From the NCBI GenBank assembly GCA_030681595.1, contig JAUXSB010000037.1:64319-128318 (forward strand): DNA of 64,000 bases, written 5' to 3'. The position numbers and the translations under genes were made by a program. The notes beneath the pieces are model-generated. The model was not told where the DNA came from, did not search any database, and saw nothing but the letters and a program-made list of their open reading frames with translations. This DNA comes from Candidatus Omnitrophota bacterium. Its GTDB lineage: Bacteria; Omnitrophota; Gorgyraeia; Ghiorseimicrobiales; Ghiorseimicrobiaceae. Shown piece by piece: positions 1-8,456 of the stretch. Position 1 is the first letter of the stretch. Every line of letters begins with the position of its first letter.

Positions 1-793
1 AATATCGCGCGAGGCGCGCCTCATGGATGCTCTTTCTGAGCTTGATTCTGATTATGACTTTTGTTTTATAGATTGCCCTCCGAATTTAGGCCTTTTGACG
101 ATTAATGCCATCCGCGCGGCAAGTGAGGTAATTGTCCCGGTTGAGGCAAGCCGTTTCGCGGTTGAGGGCGTAAAGAAGATAATAGAAATTATTGATTTAA
201 TCAAGGAAAGGCTGGCGCACCCGGTAAAATATAAAGTTTTAGTGACTATGTTTGATTCGCGCTTGAGGCATTCTTTTGGGGTTTTGGATTCAATCAATGA
301 CGTTTTTAAGAATAAGCTTTTTGAAACTATGATTCATCTTAATGTAAAGCTTAAGGAGGCGCAATCAAAAGGCCTGCCTGTAATCAGCCATGATAAATAC
401 TCAAGGGGCGCAAAAGATTACCTCAATCTTGCCCGCGAAGTAACCAAAGATGACAAGCAAAAACCAACAGTTATTAAAGAAGGTGCATTAGAGGCAGTCA
501 TGAGAGCGGAACTGCCTAAATTTAAGGAGGTAGCTTTTGGCTTTTTAGCGCCTTACGCAAAAGATGTTTATATTGTCGGAGATTTTAATAGTTGGACAAA
601 GTCCAATGAGAGCCGGATGGATAGAGATAACAATGGAAGGGGTATGTGGTCTATAAACCTTCCTTTGCTGACCGGCTCATACCGTTATAAATTTATTGTG
701 GATGACGCCTGGGTTGAGGATCCAGCTAATCCGACAAAAGAAAAGAATCCCTTTGGCGGCATAGATTCCTTAATTAATGTAGAGATTGGGTAA
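1..793 (+). CDS. Partial CDS (5' end outside window). C-terminal two-thirds of a ParA/MinD-family ATPase fused to a C-terminal CBM48 / AMPK-beta glycogen-binding-like domain.
   Basis: Translation shows the ParA/Soj deviant-Walker region 'DFCFIDCPPNLGLLTINAIRAASEVIVPVEAS'. The C-terminus reads 'VYIVGDFNSWTKS...GMWSINLPLLTGSYRYKFIVDDAWVEDPANP', which matches the CBM48 / E-set glycogen-binding signature. The ParA N-terminal Walker A lies upstream of the window. Confidence 0.75.
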   Translation, partial: ISREARLMDALSELDSDYDFCFIDCPPNLGLLTINAIRAASEVIVPVEASRFAVEGVKKIIEIIDLIKERLAHPVKYKVLVTMFDSRLRHSFGVLDSINDVFKNKLFETMIHLNVKLKEAQSKGLPVISHDKYSRGAKDYLNLAREVTKDDKQKPTVIKEGALEAVMRAELPKFKEVAFGFLAPYAKDVYIVGDFNSWTKSNESRMDRDNNGRGMWSINLPLLTGSYRYKFIVDDAWVEDPANPTKEKNPFGGIDSLINVEIG

Positions 794-809
794 AAATTTG
801 TAAAAAACA

Positions 810-843
810 TTACCCCCATACCAGACGGCGTGGGGGTATTTCT
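810..843 (+). terminator. Rho-independent terminator candidate downstream of the ParA-like gene.
   Basis: Inverted repeat TACCCCCA-12 nt-TGGGGGTA followed by TTTCTTTAT. Confidence 0.5.
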
Positions 844-848
844 TTATA

Positions 849-1847
849 ATGAAAACCGCGCTTTTATTTGAAAAGGCAGGGGATTCCAAAGTGCGCTGTT
901 TCTTGTGCGCGCACAAGTGCCTGATATCTGATGGGCATTTTGGCATTTGTGGAGTACGCAAGAATATAGAAGGCACACTTTATACTTTTTCATACGGGCG
1001 TTTAATCGCAGCGAATATTGACCCGGTTGAAAAAAAGCCGCTATACCACTTCTTGCCCGGGACAAACTCATATTCCATAGCCACATTGGGTTGTAATTTC
1101 ATGTGCGGCTTTTGCCAAAATTGGCAGATATCGCAAGAGAAGGGGAAGGAAAACGAGGCCGCGAAATTTATTAAACCCTCAGAAATTGTCGCTTCCGCCA
1201 TAAAAAGTGATTGCCGCAGCATTTCCTATACCTATACTGAACCGACCATATTTTTTGAATACGCCTTAGATATCGCGAAAATTGCCAAAGAAAGCGGGCT
1301 GTGCAATATTTTTGTTACTAACGGTTATATGACTAAAGAAGCCCTGCTTATGCTTAAGCCTTATTTAGATGCCGCAAACATTGATTTAAAGTCATTTAGC
1401 GATGGTTTCTATACGAAGGTATGCGGAGGAAGGCTTTCCCCGGTTTTGGATTCCATAAGGCTTATGCATGATTTAGGCGTATGGGTTGAGATAACCACGC
1501 TTATTATCCCTCATCTAAATGATTCCAAAGAGGAACTGGAAGGGATTGCCGCCTTTATCGCTGGTATCGATAAGAATATCCCCTGGCACGTTTCGCGGTT
1601 TCACCCTGATTATGAAATGCTGGATAATATTCCTACGCCTATTGAAACTTTGAAACTCGCTAAAGCAATAGGGGAGGAGAAGGGGCTTTGTTATGTTTAT
1701 ATCGGAAATGTCGGCGAAGAAGAGAGCACCTATTGCCCGGCTTGCAAGAAGCCGGTAATTAAGAGGTTTATTTTTGATATTTTAGAAAATAATTTGTCTG
1801 TTAATCGATGTAAGTATTGCAATTTTCTGATAGGCGGGGTATATTGA
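849..1847 (+). CDS. Radical SAM enzyme, PFL-activase-like (AmmeMemoRadiSam-system / PflX-type architecture).
   Basis: N-terminal Cys cluster 'CFLCAHKC...GICG' followed by the CxxxCxxC motif 'GCNFMCGFCQNW'. Length is 332 aa. Confidence 0.6.
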   Translation: MKTALLFEKAGDSKVRCFLCAHKCLISDGHFGICGVRKNIEGTLYTFSYGRLIAANIDPVEKKPLYHFLPGTNSYSIATLGCNFMCGFCQNWQISQEKGKENEAAKFIKPSEIVASAIKSDCRSISYTYTEPTIFFEYALDIAKIAKESGLCNIFVTNGYMTKEALLMLKPYLDAANIDLKSFSDGFYTKVCGGRLSPVLDSIRLMHDLGVWVEITTLIIPHLNDSKEELEGIAAFIAGIDKNIPWHVSRFHPDYEMLDNIPTPIETLKLAKAIGEEKGLCYVYIGNVGEEESTYCPACKKPVIKRFIFDILENNLSVNRCKYCNFLIGGVY

Positions 1848-1855
1848 TGCCATTC

Positions 1856-1897
1856 CACACCCCCGCGGTGTGCATTTATGCACACCGCGGGGGTGTG
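1856..1897. repeat. Perfect 17-bp inverted repeat (CACACCCCCGCGGTGTG / CACACCGCGGGGGTGTG) with an 8-nt loop; GC-rich palindromic element.
   Basis: Read directly in the intergenic spacer between the radical SAM gene and uppP. There is no flanking T-tract. Confidence 0.7.
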
Positions 1898-1912
1898 AAG
1901 ACAGTAAGTTAA

Positions 1913-2731
1913 ATGTCTATATTTGAATCTATAATTTTAGGTATAGTGCAGGGGGTAGGGGAGTTTCTTCCTATAAGCAGCTCCGCTCATTTAATTATTG
2001 TCCCTTACCTGTTAAATTTAAAGCCGCACAGCCTAACTTTTGATGTGGCGCTGCACTTGGGTACACTCTGCGCCATAGGGGCCTATTTTTTTAAAGATTG
2101 GCTTAAGCTTTTTAAGGAAGGCTTCTTGAGCTTAAAATTACGTACCCTCCAAGGCGCGCCTGAACGCAGGCTTTTTTGGTTTATTTTTATAGCGACTATT
2201 CCCGGCGCTTTAGCCGGAAAGCTTCTTGAGGAAAAGGTGGAAACTGTTTTCAGAAATCCTCTTTTAGCGGCTTCGGTTTTGGGAGGCTTTGCTTTTATCT
2301 TATATTTGGCACAGAAACTAGGCAAAAATACAAGGTTTTTAGGCGATATGAAACTAAAGCAGGCTTTTTTAATCGGAGTAGTACAGAGTTTTGCTCTTTT
2401 ACCGGGAATTTCCCGCTCCGGAGCCACCATGGCCGCAGGCCTGGCCTTAAATTTTAAAAAGGAAGAGGCGGTGAAATTTTCCTTTTTACTTTCTTTCCCG
2501 ATTATTTTAGGGGCCGGGCTTTTAAAAATTAAAGATATTTTTTCTTGTTTTTTAAACGGCGAAGCAAAAGCCTTTCTCGCGGGTTTTATTGCTTCCGCGT
2601 TTTTCGGGCTATTATCGATACATTTTCTTTTAAAGTTTATCAGAAAGTATTCTTTTAATTTATTCATTTGGTACAGGATTATTGTGTGTGTGTTGGTGGC
2701 GGCGGTTGTTATGCTGCGTAGTAGAGGTTAG
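1913..2731 (+). CDS. uppP: Undecaprenyl-diphosphate phosphatase (UppP/BacA).
   Basis: 'GVGEFLPISSSAHLII' and 'LPGISRSGATMAAGL' are conserved BacA motifs. Polytopic membrane protein of 272 aa. Confidence 0.85.
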   Translation: MSIFESIILGIVQGVGEFLPISSSAHLIIVPYLLNLKPHSLTFDVALHLGTLCAIGAYFFKDWLKLFKEGFLSLKLRTLQGAPERRLFWFIFIATIPGALAGKLLEEKVETVFRNPLLAASVLGGFAFILYLAQKLGKNTRFLGDMKLKQAFLIGVVQSFALLPGISRSGATMAAGLALNFKKEEAVKFSFLLSFPIILGAGLLKIKDIFSCFLNGEAKAFLAGFIASAFFGLLSIHFLLKFIRKYSFNLFIWYRIIVCVLVAAVVMLRSRG

Positions 2732-2732
2732 G

Positions 2733-3080
2733 ATGAATTTTCGTGTACTTTTCATAGTGGCGGCTTTATTTTGTTGTGGTTGTTCTGATGCACGCCTCAT
2801 GGGTAAGGAAGGCAGGCTTTATTTGGGGATTCCGTTTGGCCAGAGTGCCTCCACGATGTCTGCGCGTAAAATGATCCCTTATAAATTCGGCTTGGTTAAG
2901 GTAGGTATGACTAAACAGGATGTCCTTGATAAATTCGGCGAGCCGGCATCTATGAGTATGTCTCGCGATAATTATTGGATATGGTATTATAAGTCAGTTT
3001 ATAGCGGGGATATCTCGCTAGGTACCGTAGAAGAAATATACATTTGGTTTGATGATTATAGGGTAATTAACCCGCCATAA
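2733..3080 (+). CDS. Small lipoprotein with a BamE/SmpA_OmlA-like domain.
   Basis: Internal Met start. Signal peptide plus lipobox 'AALFCCGCS'. Body reads 'VGMTKQDVLDKFGEP...SRDNYWIWYY', typical of BamE-like proteins. Confidence 0.55.
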   Translation: MNFRVLFIVAALFCCGCSDARLMGKEGRLYLGIPFGQSASTMSARKMIPYKFGLVKVGMTKQDVLDKFGEPASMSMSRDNYWIWYYKSVYSGDISLGTVEEIYIWFDDYRVINPP

Positions 3081-3302
3081 TGAAGGCGGAAATCAGAGCC
3101 GAATGGGGCCCGCCGCGATCATTATCCAAACTAAAGTAGAAGGCTTTAGAATTAAATACTTGTATAAGATAAATACCATGTTATAATGAGTATGTACCCA
3201 TAATAAATGGGGGGTTACTTTGAGTAAATACTCTAAATTTGCTTAAAATTTTATTGAAGATTGACAAATTTACCTTGAGCGAATGCGAAGGGGTAAAAAA
3301 CC

Positions 3303-3728
3303 ATGATTAAATCCCGAGGCAGGCCGATAAAACCCAGAAATATCCGCAGGCACCCCCAAATTCATCAATTTAGCCCGCGTGGAAGAGCCGGCAGGCCGGA
3401 CGAAATAGAGCTAAAATTAGAAGAATTTGAAGCCATAAAATTGACGGATTTTATCGGCTTAAATCAGAAAAAAGCATCAAAAATGATGGGTATATCCCAA
3501 CAGACTTTTAGCCGGATTATAAGGCATGCGCGTAAAAACATTGCCAATGGCTTGATTATGGGCAAAATTATTAAGATTCAGGGTGGGCATTATCGTATTT
3601 CGCACCACCCGGAAGTAGCACTTTCGGATAACGTAGATAGTCAAGGCCCAGCTGATTTTGGCAGCTTTCGCGCAGAATTAGACACAAGGCCGGGAAATGC
3701 CCAATCTAAACCATCTTATAAACCTTAA
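3303..3728 (+). CDS. DUF134 (UPF0251) family predicted DNA-binding protein.
   Basis: 'IELKLEEFEAIKLTDFIGLNQKKASKMMGISQQTFSRIIRHARKNIANGL' is a sigma-70 region-4-like HTH typical of DUF134. Confidence 0.55.
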   Translation: MIKSRGRPIKPRNIRRHPQIHQFSPRGRAGRPDEIELKLEEFEAIKLTDFIGLNQKKASKMMGISQQTFSRIIRHARKNIANGLIMGKIIKIQGGHYRISHHPEVALSDNVDSQGPADFGSFRAELDTRPGNAQSKPSYKP

Positions 3729-3937
3729 AAAGAAGGCTTTTTTATTTCATGTTTAACTTCCTATAATGTATCTTATGTTAAGTTGACGATATGAGCTATA
3801 TTGACGTAACCCATTGCATAACAGTTAGTTATTATAATTCGGGGATTTTCTGTGGATAAGCGGCTTTTGGATTACTTAGATTTACTTACTTTTTTATAGT
3901 TTTATGTTTGGCGGGTATTAGCTGTGGTTTTTGAGGG

Positions 3938-4312
3938 TTAAAGCATGGTTATGTTGAGGTTATGGTCTCTAAAGTAATTATAAATTTTATATACGGAAAA
4001 TGGATCTATCTCTATAAACCTGATACCGGCATCAAAGCATAAATTGGGGTGATTTTTGGTTTCGGATTCATAGACCCATGCGACTTCGCCTTTTGCCGGT
4101 AGGGATTCCTTTTCTCCTAATAATCTTATTTCTATGCTTAGCCTTGTGCCCACCTTTAGTTTTTCGGCTAAACACAGCCGTATGCCTCCGCCGCTGATAT
4201 TTTCTACCGAAAGAGCGTCTCTTTTGCCTATGCGCAGGCCACAGCGGTACCTTATACCGATCACATTACTTAGGTTAACTAATCTTTTATGCCTTCTTCT
4301 GTTGCTTGCCAT
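3938..4312 (-). CDS. Stand-alone PilZ-domain protein (c-di-GMP receptor candidate).
   Basis: 'RRRHKR' (RxxxR) and 'ENISGGGIRL' (DxSxxG-type) motifs. Confidence 0.7.
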   Translation of the reverse strand: MASNRRRHKRLVNLSNVIGIRYRCGLRIGKRDALSVENISGGGIRLCLAEKLKVGTRLSIEIRLLGEKESLPAKGEVAWVYESETKNHPNLCFDAGIRFIEIDPFSVYKIYNYFRDHNLNITML

Positions 4313-4329
4313 GTATTATATTAATTATA

Positions 4330-4908
4330 TTAGTAGTAGCCTTCTTGCCAGAGGCCTATTTTTTGAGTACGTGCTTTTTCCTGAAGCTGCCTAAACATAT
4401 CCGCATATTTTACGTTTGGCGGTATAGTCATAATCTTTGCGTATCCGGCTTCAATAATTTTAGCGTTAACAAATGTTCCGTCTTCAAGAAATATATAGGC
4501 TAATAATCGCTTGTATTTATCGCGTTTTTCTACATCAAATTCAAGGCGCGCTTTTTTATTCAAAAGTATTTCTTGGGTAAAGCTTTTGGCCAAAGCGCCC
4601 ATCTTTTTAATGCTTGCTATGTCTTTTTTGGCACGCCTTGCCTGGCGCAGGAGTTTTTCACTCTCATGGTATTCAGGTGTGTCTATCCCTATTAGCCTTA
4701 CCCAGGAGCCGTCTTTTAATTTTACTGTATCGCCGTCAGCTACATAGCTGACCAGTACAACATTATTATAAGCGTATTTTGGGCTAAAGGGAACAGAAAA
4801 TTTTGAAAAAGCGTATACTGCGGCTAAAATAAGAGCTAGGGAAACCGGCAGGATTTTCCAGAGCTTTTTGTGAAATATATTTATTTTACCCACTTTTTTA
4901 TTATACAT
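4330..4908 (-). CDS. Staphylococcal-nuclease (SNase/thermonuclease) homolog with an N-terminal membrane anchor.
   Basis: 'VSYVADGDTVKLKDGSWVRLIGIDTPE' is a classic SNase motif. Confidence 0.75.
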   Translation of the reverse strand: MYNKKVGKINIFHKKLWKILPVSLALILAAVYAFSKFSVPFSPKYAYNNVVLVSYVADGDTVKLKDGSWVRLIGIDTPEYHESEKLLRQARRAKKDIASIKKMGALAKSFTQEILLNKKARLEFDVEKRDKYKRLLAYIFLEDGTFVNAKIIEAGYAKIMTIPPNVKYADMFRQLQEKARTQKIGLWQEGYY

Positions 4909-5860
4909 TAGGTTTAATATTTAGTCCAGCAAATCTCGCAAGGCCTTGCGATTCCTGCACCCATCCGGAAGTTAACCCGAGTTTTTTCATTATGCCTGTG
5001 GCTATTTCGTATTCTTCGCAGGATATGCGCCGGTTAATTAGCGGAAATTCGCATGTCTTGTAGCAAGGAAAATATTGGCTCATTAGTGAGATATGGCATT
5101 GGCCGGATAATTCATTTTTTATAAAATACAAGATTTTCTCTGTACCGGCAATATTATTCGGAAGCACTAAATGCCTGATAATTATGCCTTTTTCTATGAC
5201 TCCATTAGGGTTTATTGCCGCGTTTCCTGCCTGTCTATACATTTCTTTTACCGCCTTTTGGTTAAATGAAGGATAGTCGTAAGCATTCGAGTATTTTTCC
5301 GCTATGAGGGCATCAGCATAGCGCATATCTGGAAGGTAGATATCTATTATGCCGTCAAGCAGCCTTAGAATAGGCACAAGTTCGTATCCGCCGGTATTGT
5401 ATACTAGAGGTATTTTTAGGCCTTTTTCTATGGCAACGCGGAGTGCTTCTAAGATTTGAGGCATAACATGCGTAGGAGTTACCAGATTAATATTATGTGC
5501 CCCTTGATGTTGTAGCTCCAGCATAAATTCGGCGAGTTCTTCTTTTTTTACCTCTCTGCCCTCTCCTTCTTGCGATAATTTATAGTTTTGACAGTATACG
5601 CATTTTAAATTGCAGTGCGTAAAAAAAATGGTGCCGGAACCGCTTGTTCCTGAAATTGGCGGTTCTTCTCCGTGATGGAGGAAATAACTGGTGACAATGG
5701 CGTTTCTACCGGTTTTGCAAACTCCCTTTTCGTCTTTTAGGCGGTTTATGCGGCATTTTCTTGGGCAGATAACGCAGGATTCCAGCAGTTTTTTGGCCGA
5801 TTCAACCCTTTTTATTAATTCTCCTGTTTTGTAGAGGTTAAGGTATGAAGGGTAAAGCAT
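4901..5860 (-). CDS. Radical SAM protein, PflX/COG1313-like (PFL-activase-like paralog).
   Basis: N-terminal 'CVICPRKCRIN...GVCKTG' plus 'THCNLKCVYCQNY'. Confidence 0.6.
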   Translation of the reverse strand: MLYPSYLNLYKTGELIKRVESAKKLLESCVICPRKCRINRLKDEKGVCKTGRNAIVTSYFLHHGEEPPISGTSGSGTIFFTHCNLKCVYCQNYKLSQEGEGREVKKEELAEFMLELQHQGAHNINLVTPTHVMPQILEALRVAIEKGLKIPLVYNTGGYELVPILRLLDGIIDIYLPDMRYADALIAEKYSNAYDYPSFNQKAVKEMYRQAGNAAINPNGVIEKGIIIRHLVLPNNIAGTEKILYFIKNELSGQCHISLMSQYFPCYKTCEFPLINRRISCEEYEIATGIMKKLGLTSGWVQESQGLARFAGLNIKPNV

Positions 5861-5864
5861 AGGG

Positions 5865-6779
5865 TTATTGTGTTAGATTTGCTCCGTCTTTAGTGCAGAA
5901 TTTATATTCGGGAGGGTAATTTTTGCCGCATTTCGGGCATCGTTTTAGTATCTTTGAAGGATTTTTTTCTTCTTTATTGGGCTGTATCTCTTGCCCGGCC
6001 TGGTTAATTTTTTGCAGATCGATCTCTTTTTTGGCATTATTAATCCTTTCATCTATAGCCGGATGGGATTCAAGAAATGCGATATGGTAATTTATCCCTT
6101 TTTTCTTTTCTTCTTCTTTAAGTTTTTCAAAAAACGTGATCATTCCTTCCGGCTTAAAGTCGGATTTTAACGCGTATTTAATCGCCAGCCTGTCGGAAAG
6201 CCGCTCGTCTTCCCGCGAGTAACCCAATGCGATAAGGTTAAATACGGTATTTACGGCGCGGTTTAATTCTACGGAAGTCGCGTTCCTAAGGGCAAGGCCC
6301 ATGATTAGCTGATAGCCTAAGCTGACCTGTAATTTCTTCGCGGCGTGGCGCGCAGCAATATGGCCTATTTCATGCCCTACCACACAGGCAAGTTCGTCAT
6401 CACTGGCTATGTCCATTAACCCGGAGTTAACATATACAAAGCCGCCCGGAAGCGAAAAAGCGTTTAGGCCTTCGTCTTTTACTACCTTAAAATAATATTT
6501 TAAGTCTTTGCGGTCTGAAATTTCCGCTATTTTTTCGCCGATTTTATCAAGCCGCGCAATAGCTCTAGCGTCTTTAGATAAAGGGTATTGCAGCTCAATT
6601 TGTTTTGAGATTACCTTTCCTAAAGAGGCTTCTGACGGGGTATCTATTAAGACGAGCTCTTTTTTTTCTGTCGCGGGATTATAGATTGTCGCGCATCCGC
6701 ACATAAAGAAAGCGCACACGACCCAAGCCGTCGCTTGGGTTCCCCGGCGCACAACGCAAAGCGATAATCGTTTAAACAT
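5865..6779 (-). CDS. M48-family Zn metalloprotease lipoprotein with a C-terminal zinc ribbon.
   Basis: HExxH 'VVGHEIGHIAARH', lipobox 'FFMCGCA', C-terminal 'CPKCGKNYPPEYKFCTKDG'. Confidence 0.75.
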   Translation of the reverse strand: MFKRLSLCVVRRGTQATAWVVCAFFMCGCATIYNPATEKKELVLIDTPSEASLGKVISKQIELQYPLSKDARAIARLDKIGEKIAEISDRKDLKYYFKVVKDEGLNAFSLPGGFVYVNSGLMDIASDDELACVVGHEIGHIAARHAAKKLQVSLGYQLIMGLALRNATSVELNRAVNTVFNLIALGYSREDERLSDRLAIKYALKSDFKPEGMITFFEKLKEEEKKKGINYHIAFLESHPAIDERINNAKKEIDLQKINQAGQEIQPNKEEKNPSKILKRCPKCGKNYPPEYKFCTKDGANLTQ

Positions 6780-7299
6780 TTTTTCTTTGCTGCATAAAGA
6801 TGCTGCGGATTTGGTTGAATATTTCGATGTATTCCTTGCTTTGATAGTCAGGGTATGTCCATGGGTATGGCTTAAAAGCCGTTTTACTAAACACCATGGT
6901 AGTTTCTGCGTATATCCCGTCTTTTAAGTAAATGCGGTGCGAATAATCCTTTATGGTAGCTAAGATTATCTTCGCGTCGTTTAAATAGCCGGGGTCTAAA
7001 TTTAGGCAACGCCTGCCGTCTTTAGAAAAATTTTTTTCTAATCTATTGGTGATAACTTTAATCGCGCTGATTTTATCGCCAGATATAAGATTTCTAAAGC
7101 TAAAGAATTTACGTTTAAGGTTTGCGCCTAATTCCTTTTCGTAGTAATTGGTATAATCAAATTCTAATATATGGCTTTCGAGGTCGATAATGCCGAACTT
7201 GGCGGTAAGGATTTTTTTTATTGCGGCAAGCAGGGGTAAGTCTTTAAAGATAACACCGATAAATAATTTTACTTTCTTAACTTTTACTGCTTTTCCCAT
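6772..7299 (-). CDS. Hypothetical protein, possibly DUF4416-like.
   Basis: ORF with an internal start at 'MGKAVKVKKVKLFIGVIF'. The DUF4416 assignment is from memory and weak. Confidence 0.4.
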   Translation of the reverse strand: MGKAVKVKKVKLFIGVIFKDLPLLAAIKKILTAKFGIIDLESHILEFDYTNYYEKELGANLKRKFFSFRNLISGDKISAIKVITNRLEKNFSKDGRRCLNLDPGYLNDAKIILATIKDYSHRIYLKDGIYAETTMVFSKTAFKPYPWTYPDYQSKEYIEIFNQIRSIFMQQRKNV

Positions 7300-7303
7300 T
7301 CCA

Positions 7304-7672
7304 TTAGGGTAAAGAAAGCAGGCTTTTAATGAATTTGTTAATTTTTTCTTTTTCGGATTCCGAGATATCGTTAAAAAATACGGCAAGATTATACTTATTT
7401 TCGTTTTGTTCAGTGCGTACTACCACGCCGCGGCATTTTACTTTTGTCCCCGTTACGTTTGAACCTTGCGCGTAGCCATGATTCAGGATTAAAGTAATGT
7501 CTAATTTGGTCATAGGAGCTACGTATTTATCTGTCTGGCAATAGGCACCCACAGAAGAAATGTTCCGCGTAGAGGTAACAATATCAAAATCAGGCGTTTT
7601 TAGCCTTAAAGGCAGGATACTTTCAACACGTATAGACCTGCGCCGTTCTTCGTGGCTATTATTTAGATTCAT
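7304..7672 (-). CDS. Stand-alone PilZ-domain protein.
   Basis: 'ERRRSIRV' and 'TRNISSVGAYC' motifs. Confidence 0.65.
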   Translation of the reverse strand: MNLNNSHEERRRSIRVESILPLRLKTPDFDIVTSTRNISSVGAYCQTDKYVAPMTKLDITLILNHGYAQGSNVTGTKVKCRGVVVRTEQNENKYNLAVFFNDISESEKEKINKFIKSLLSLP

Positions 7673-7832
7673 CTTTTTTTGCTTCCTTCGCTAATAGTGT
7701 TTTGTAGCATTTTTTGCTGCAATAGTATTTACCGTTGCGGTAGTATTTCTTTTTTTTCCTTATCGGTTTATTGCAAGTCAGGCAATTCGTTTGTTTTTCC
7801 TGTGTTGGTTGCTTTGTTTCTGTATCAGCCAT
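7659..7832 (-). CDS. Micro-ORF (57 aa), Cys4 zinc-ribbon-like, overlapping the PilZ gene start by 14 nt.
   Basis: Translated by hand as MADTETKQPTQEKQTNCLTCNKPIRKKKKYYRNGKYYCSKKCYKTLLAKEAKKDESK. Contains a CxxC...CxxxC pattern. It is below the ORF-track length cutoff. Confidence 0.35.
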   Translation of the reverse strand: MADTETKQPTQEKQTNCLTCNKPIRKKKKYYRNGKYYCSKKCYKTLLAKEAKKDESK

Positions 7833-8004
7833 CTAGTTGTCTCCTCAATGAATCCTGAAGCTTCGGGATGAATTGATGCCGAAAGCTGCAAGAAAATTTC
7901 TTTGCAATTTTTACAGCGTTTTGCTTTCGGTGTATCGTTATAGGCATAAAATAACCCTGCCGTTTTTTGTGTTTAGGCAGGCAGGGTAAAATTTGTTTCA
8001 AAAA

Positions 8005-8349
8005 CTACCGCCTCAGGGCATAGCTTACCAAATCTGTGATGTTTCCTTTACTTGTCTCGTTAAGCTCGGTAAATCTTATGCCGGAAAGGTATTCTTCGGA
8101 ATGATTTATTCTGCTTGACCAGACAACAGTAGCTGAAGTGTTCACTAAATCCAAATGAGGTAATTCAACTTCAATCTGTATTTCTGTGCCGCGGGGAATA
8201 AAATTATTAGTCAGCAGCTTTAATCCGCCAACGCTTATGTCCCGGGTAACTGTATAAGTAGGCGTATTTTGGTTATCTTGGCGATATTTTAGGGGGATGC
8301 TATAACCAAATCTGGGAAACCTGCGTTGTTCTGAATAATCAGCCTGCAT
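8005..8349 (-). CDS. Stand-alone PilZ-domain protein.
   Basis: 'QRRFPRF' and 'TRDISVGGLKL' motifs. Confidence 0.65.
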   Translation of the reverse strand: MQADYSEQRRFPRFGYSIPLKYRQDNQNTPTYTVTRDISVGGLKLLTNNFIPRGTEIQIEVELPHLDLVNTSATVVWSSRINHSEEYLSGIRFTELNETSKGNITDLVSYALRR

Positions 8350-8456
8350 CTTATTTCTTCCCTTTCCCGTGGCTACTTAAAAATATAACATATTTTTAAT
8401 CAAAAGTCAAGCGAATAGTCGGTATTTATGAAGGGAATTAAGGGTATTTAAGCGGG

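Noticed and set aside
52-297. Many antisense or embedded ORFs from the six-frame track, for example 52-297(-), 2083-2667(-), 13566-14018(+), 32227-32808(+), 48410-48961(+) and 24716-25090(+).
   Set aside because: Each lies wholly inside a longer ORF on the other strand that has clear family motifs. They show low-complexity or odd composition and no motifs of their own. They were treated as frame shadows.
1570-1590. TGGCACG sequence resembling a sigma-54 -24 element.
   Set aside because: No GC element sits at the correct -12 spacing, and it lies inside the radical SAM coding region.
3254-3300. TTGACA hexamer upstream of the DUF134 gene as a sigma-70 promoter.
   Set aside because: No convincing -10 hexamer sits at 16-18 bp spacing. 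In AT-rich DNA such matches are expected by chance.
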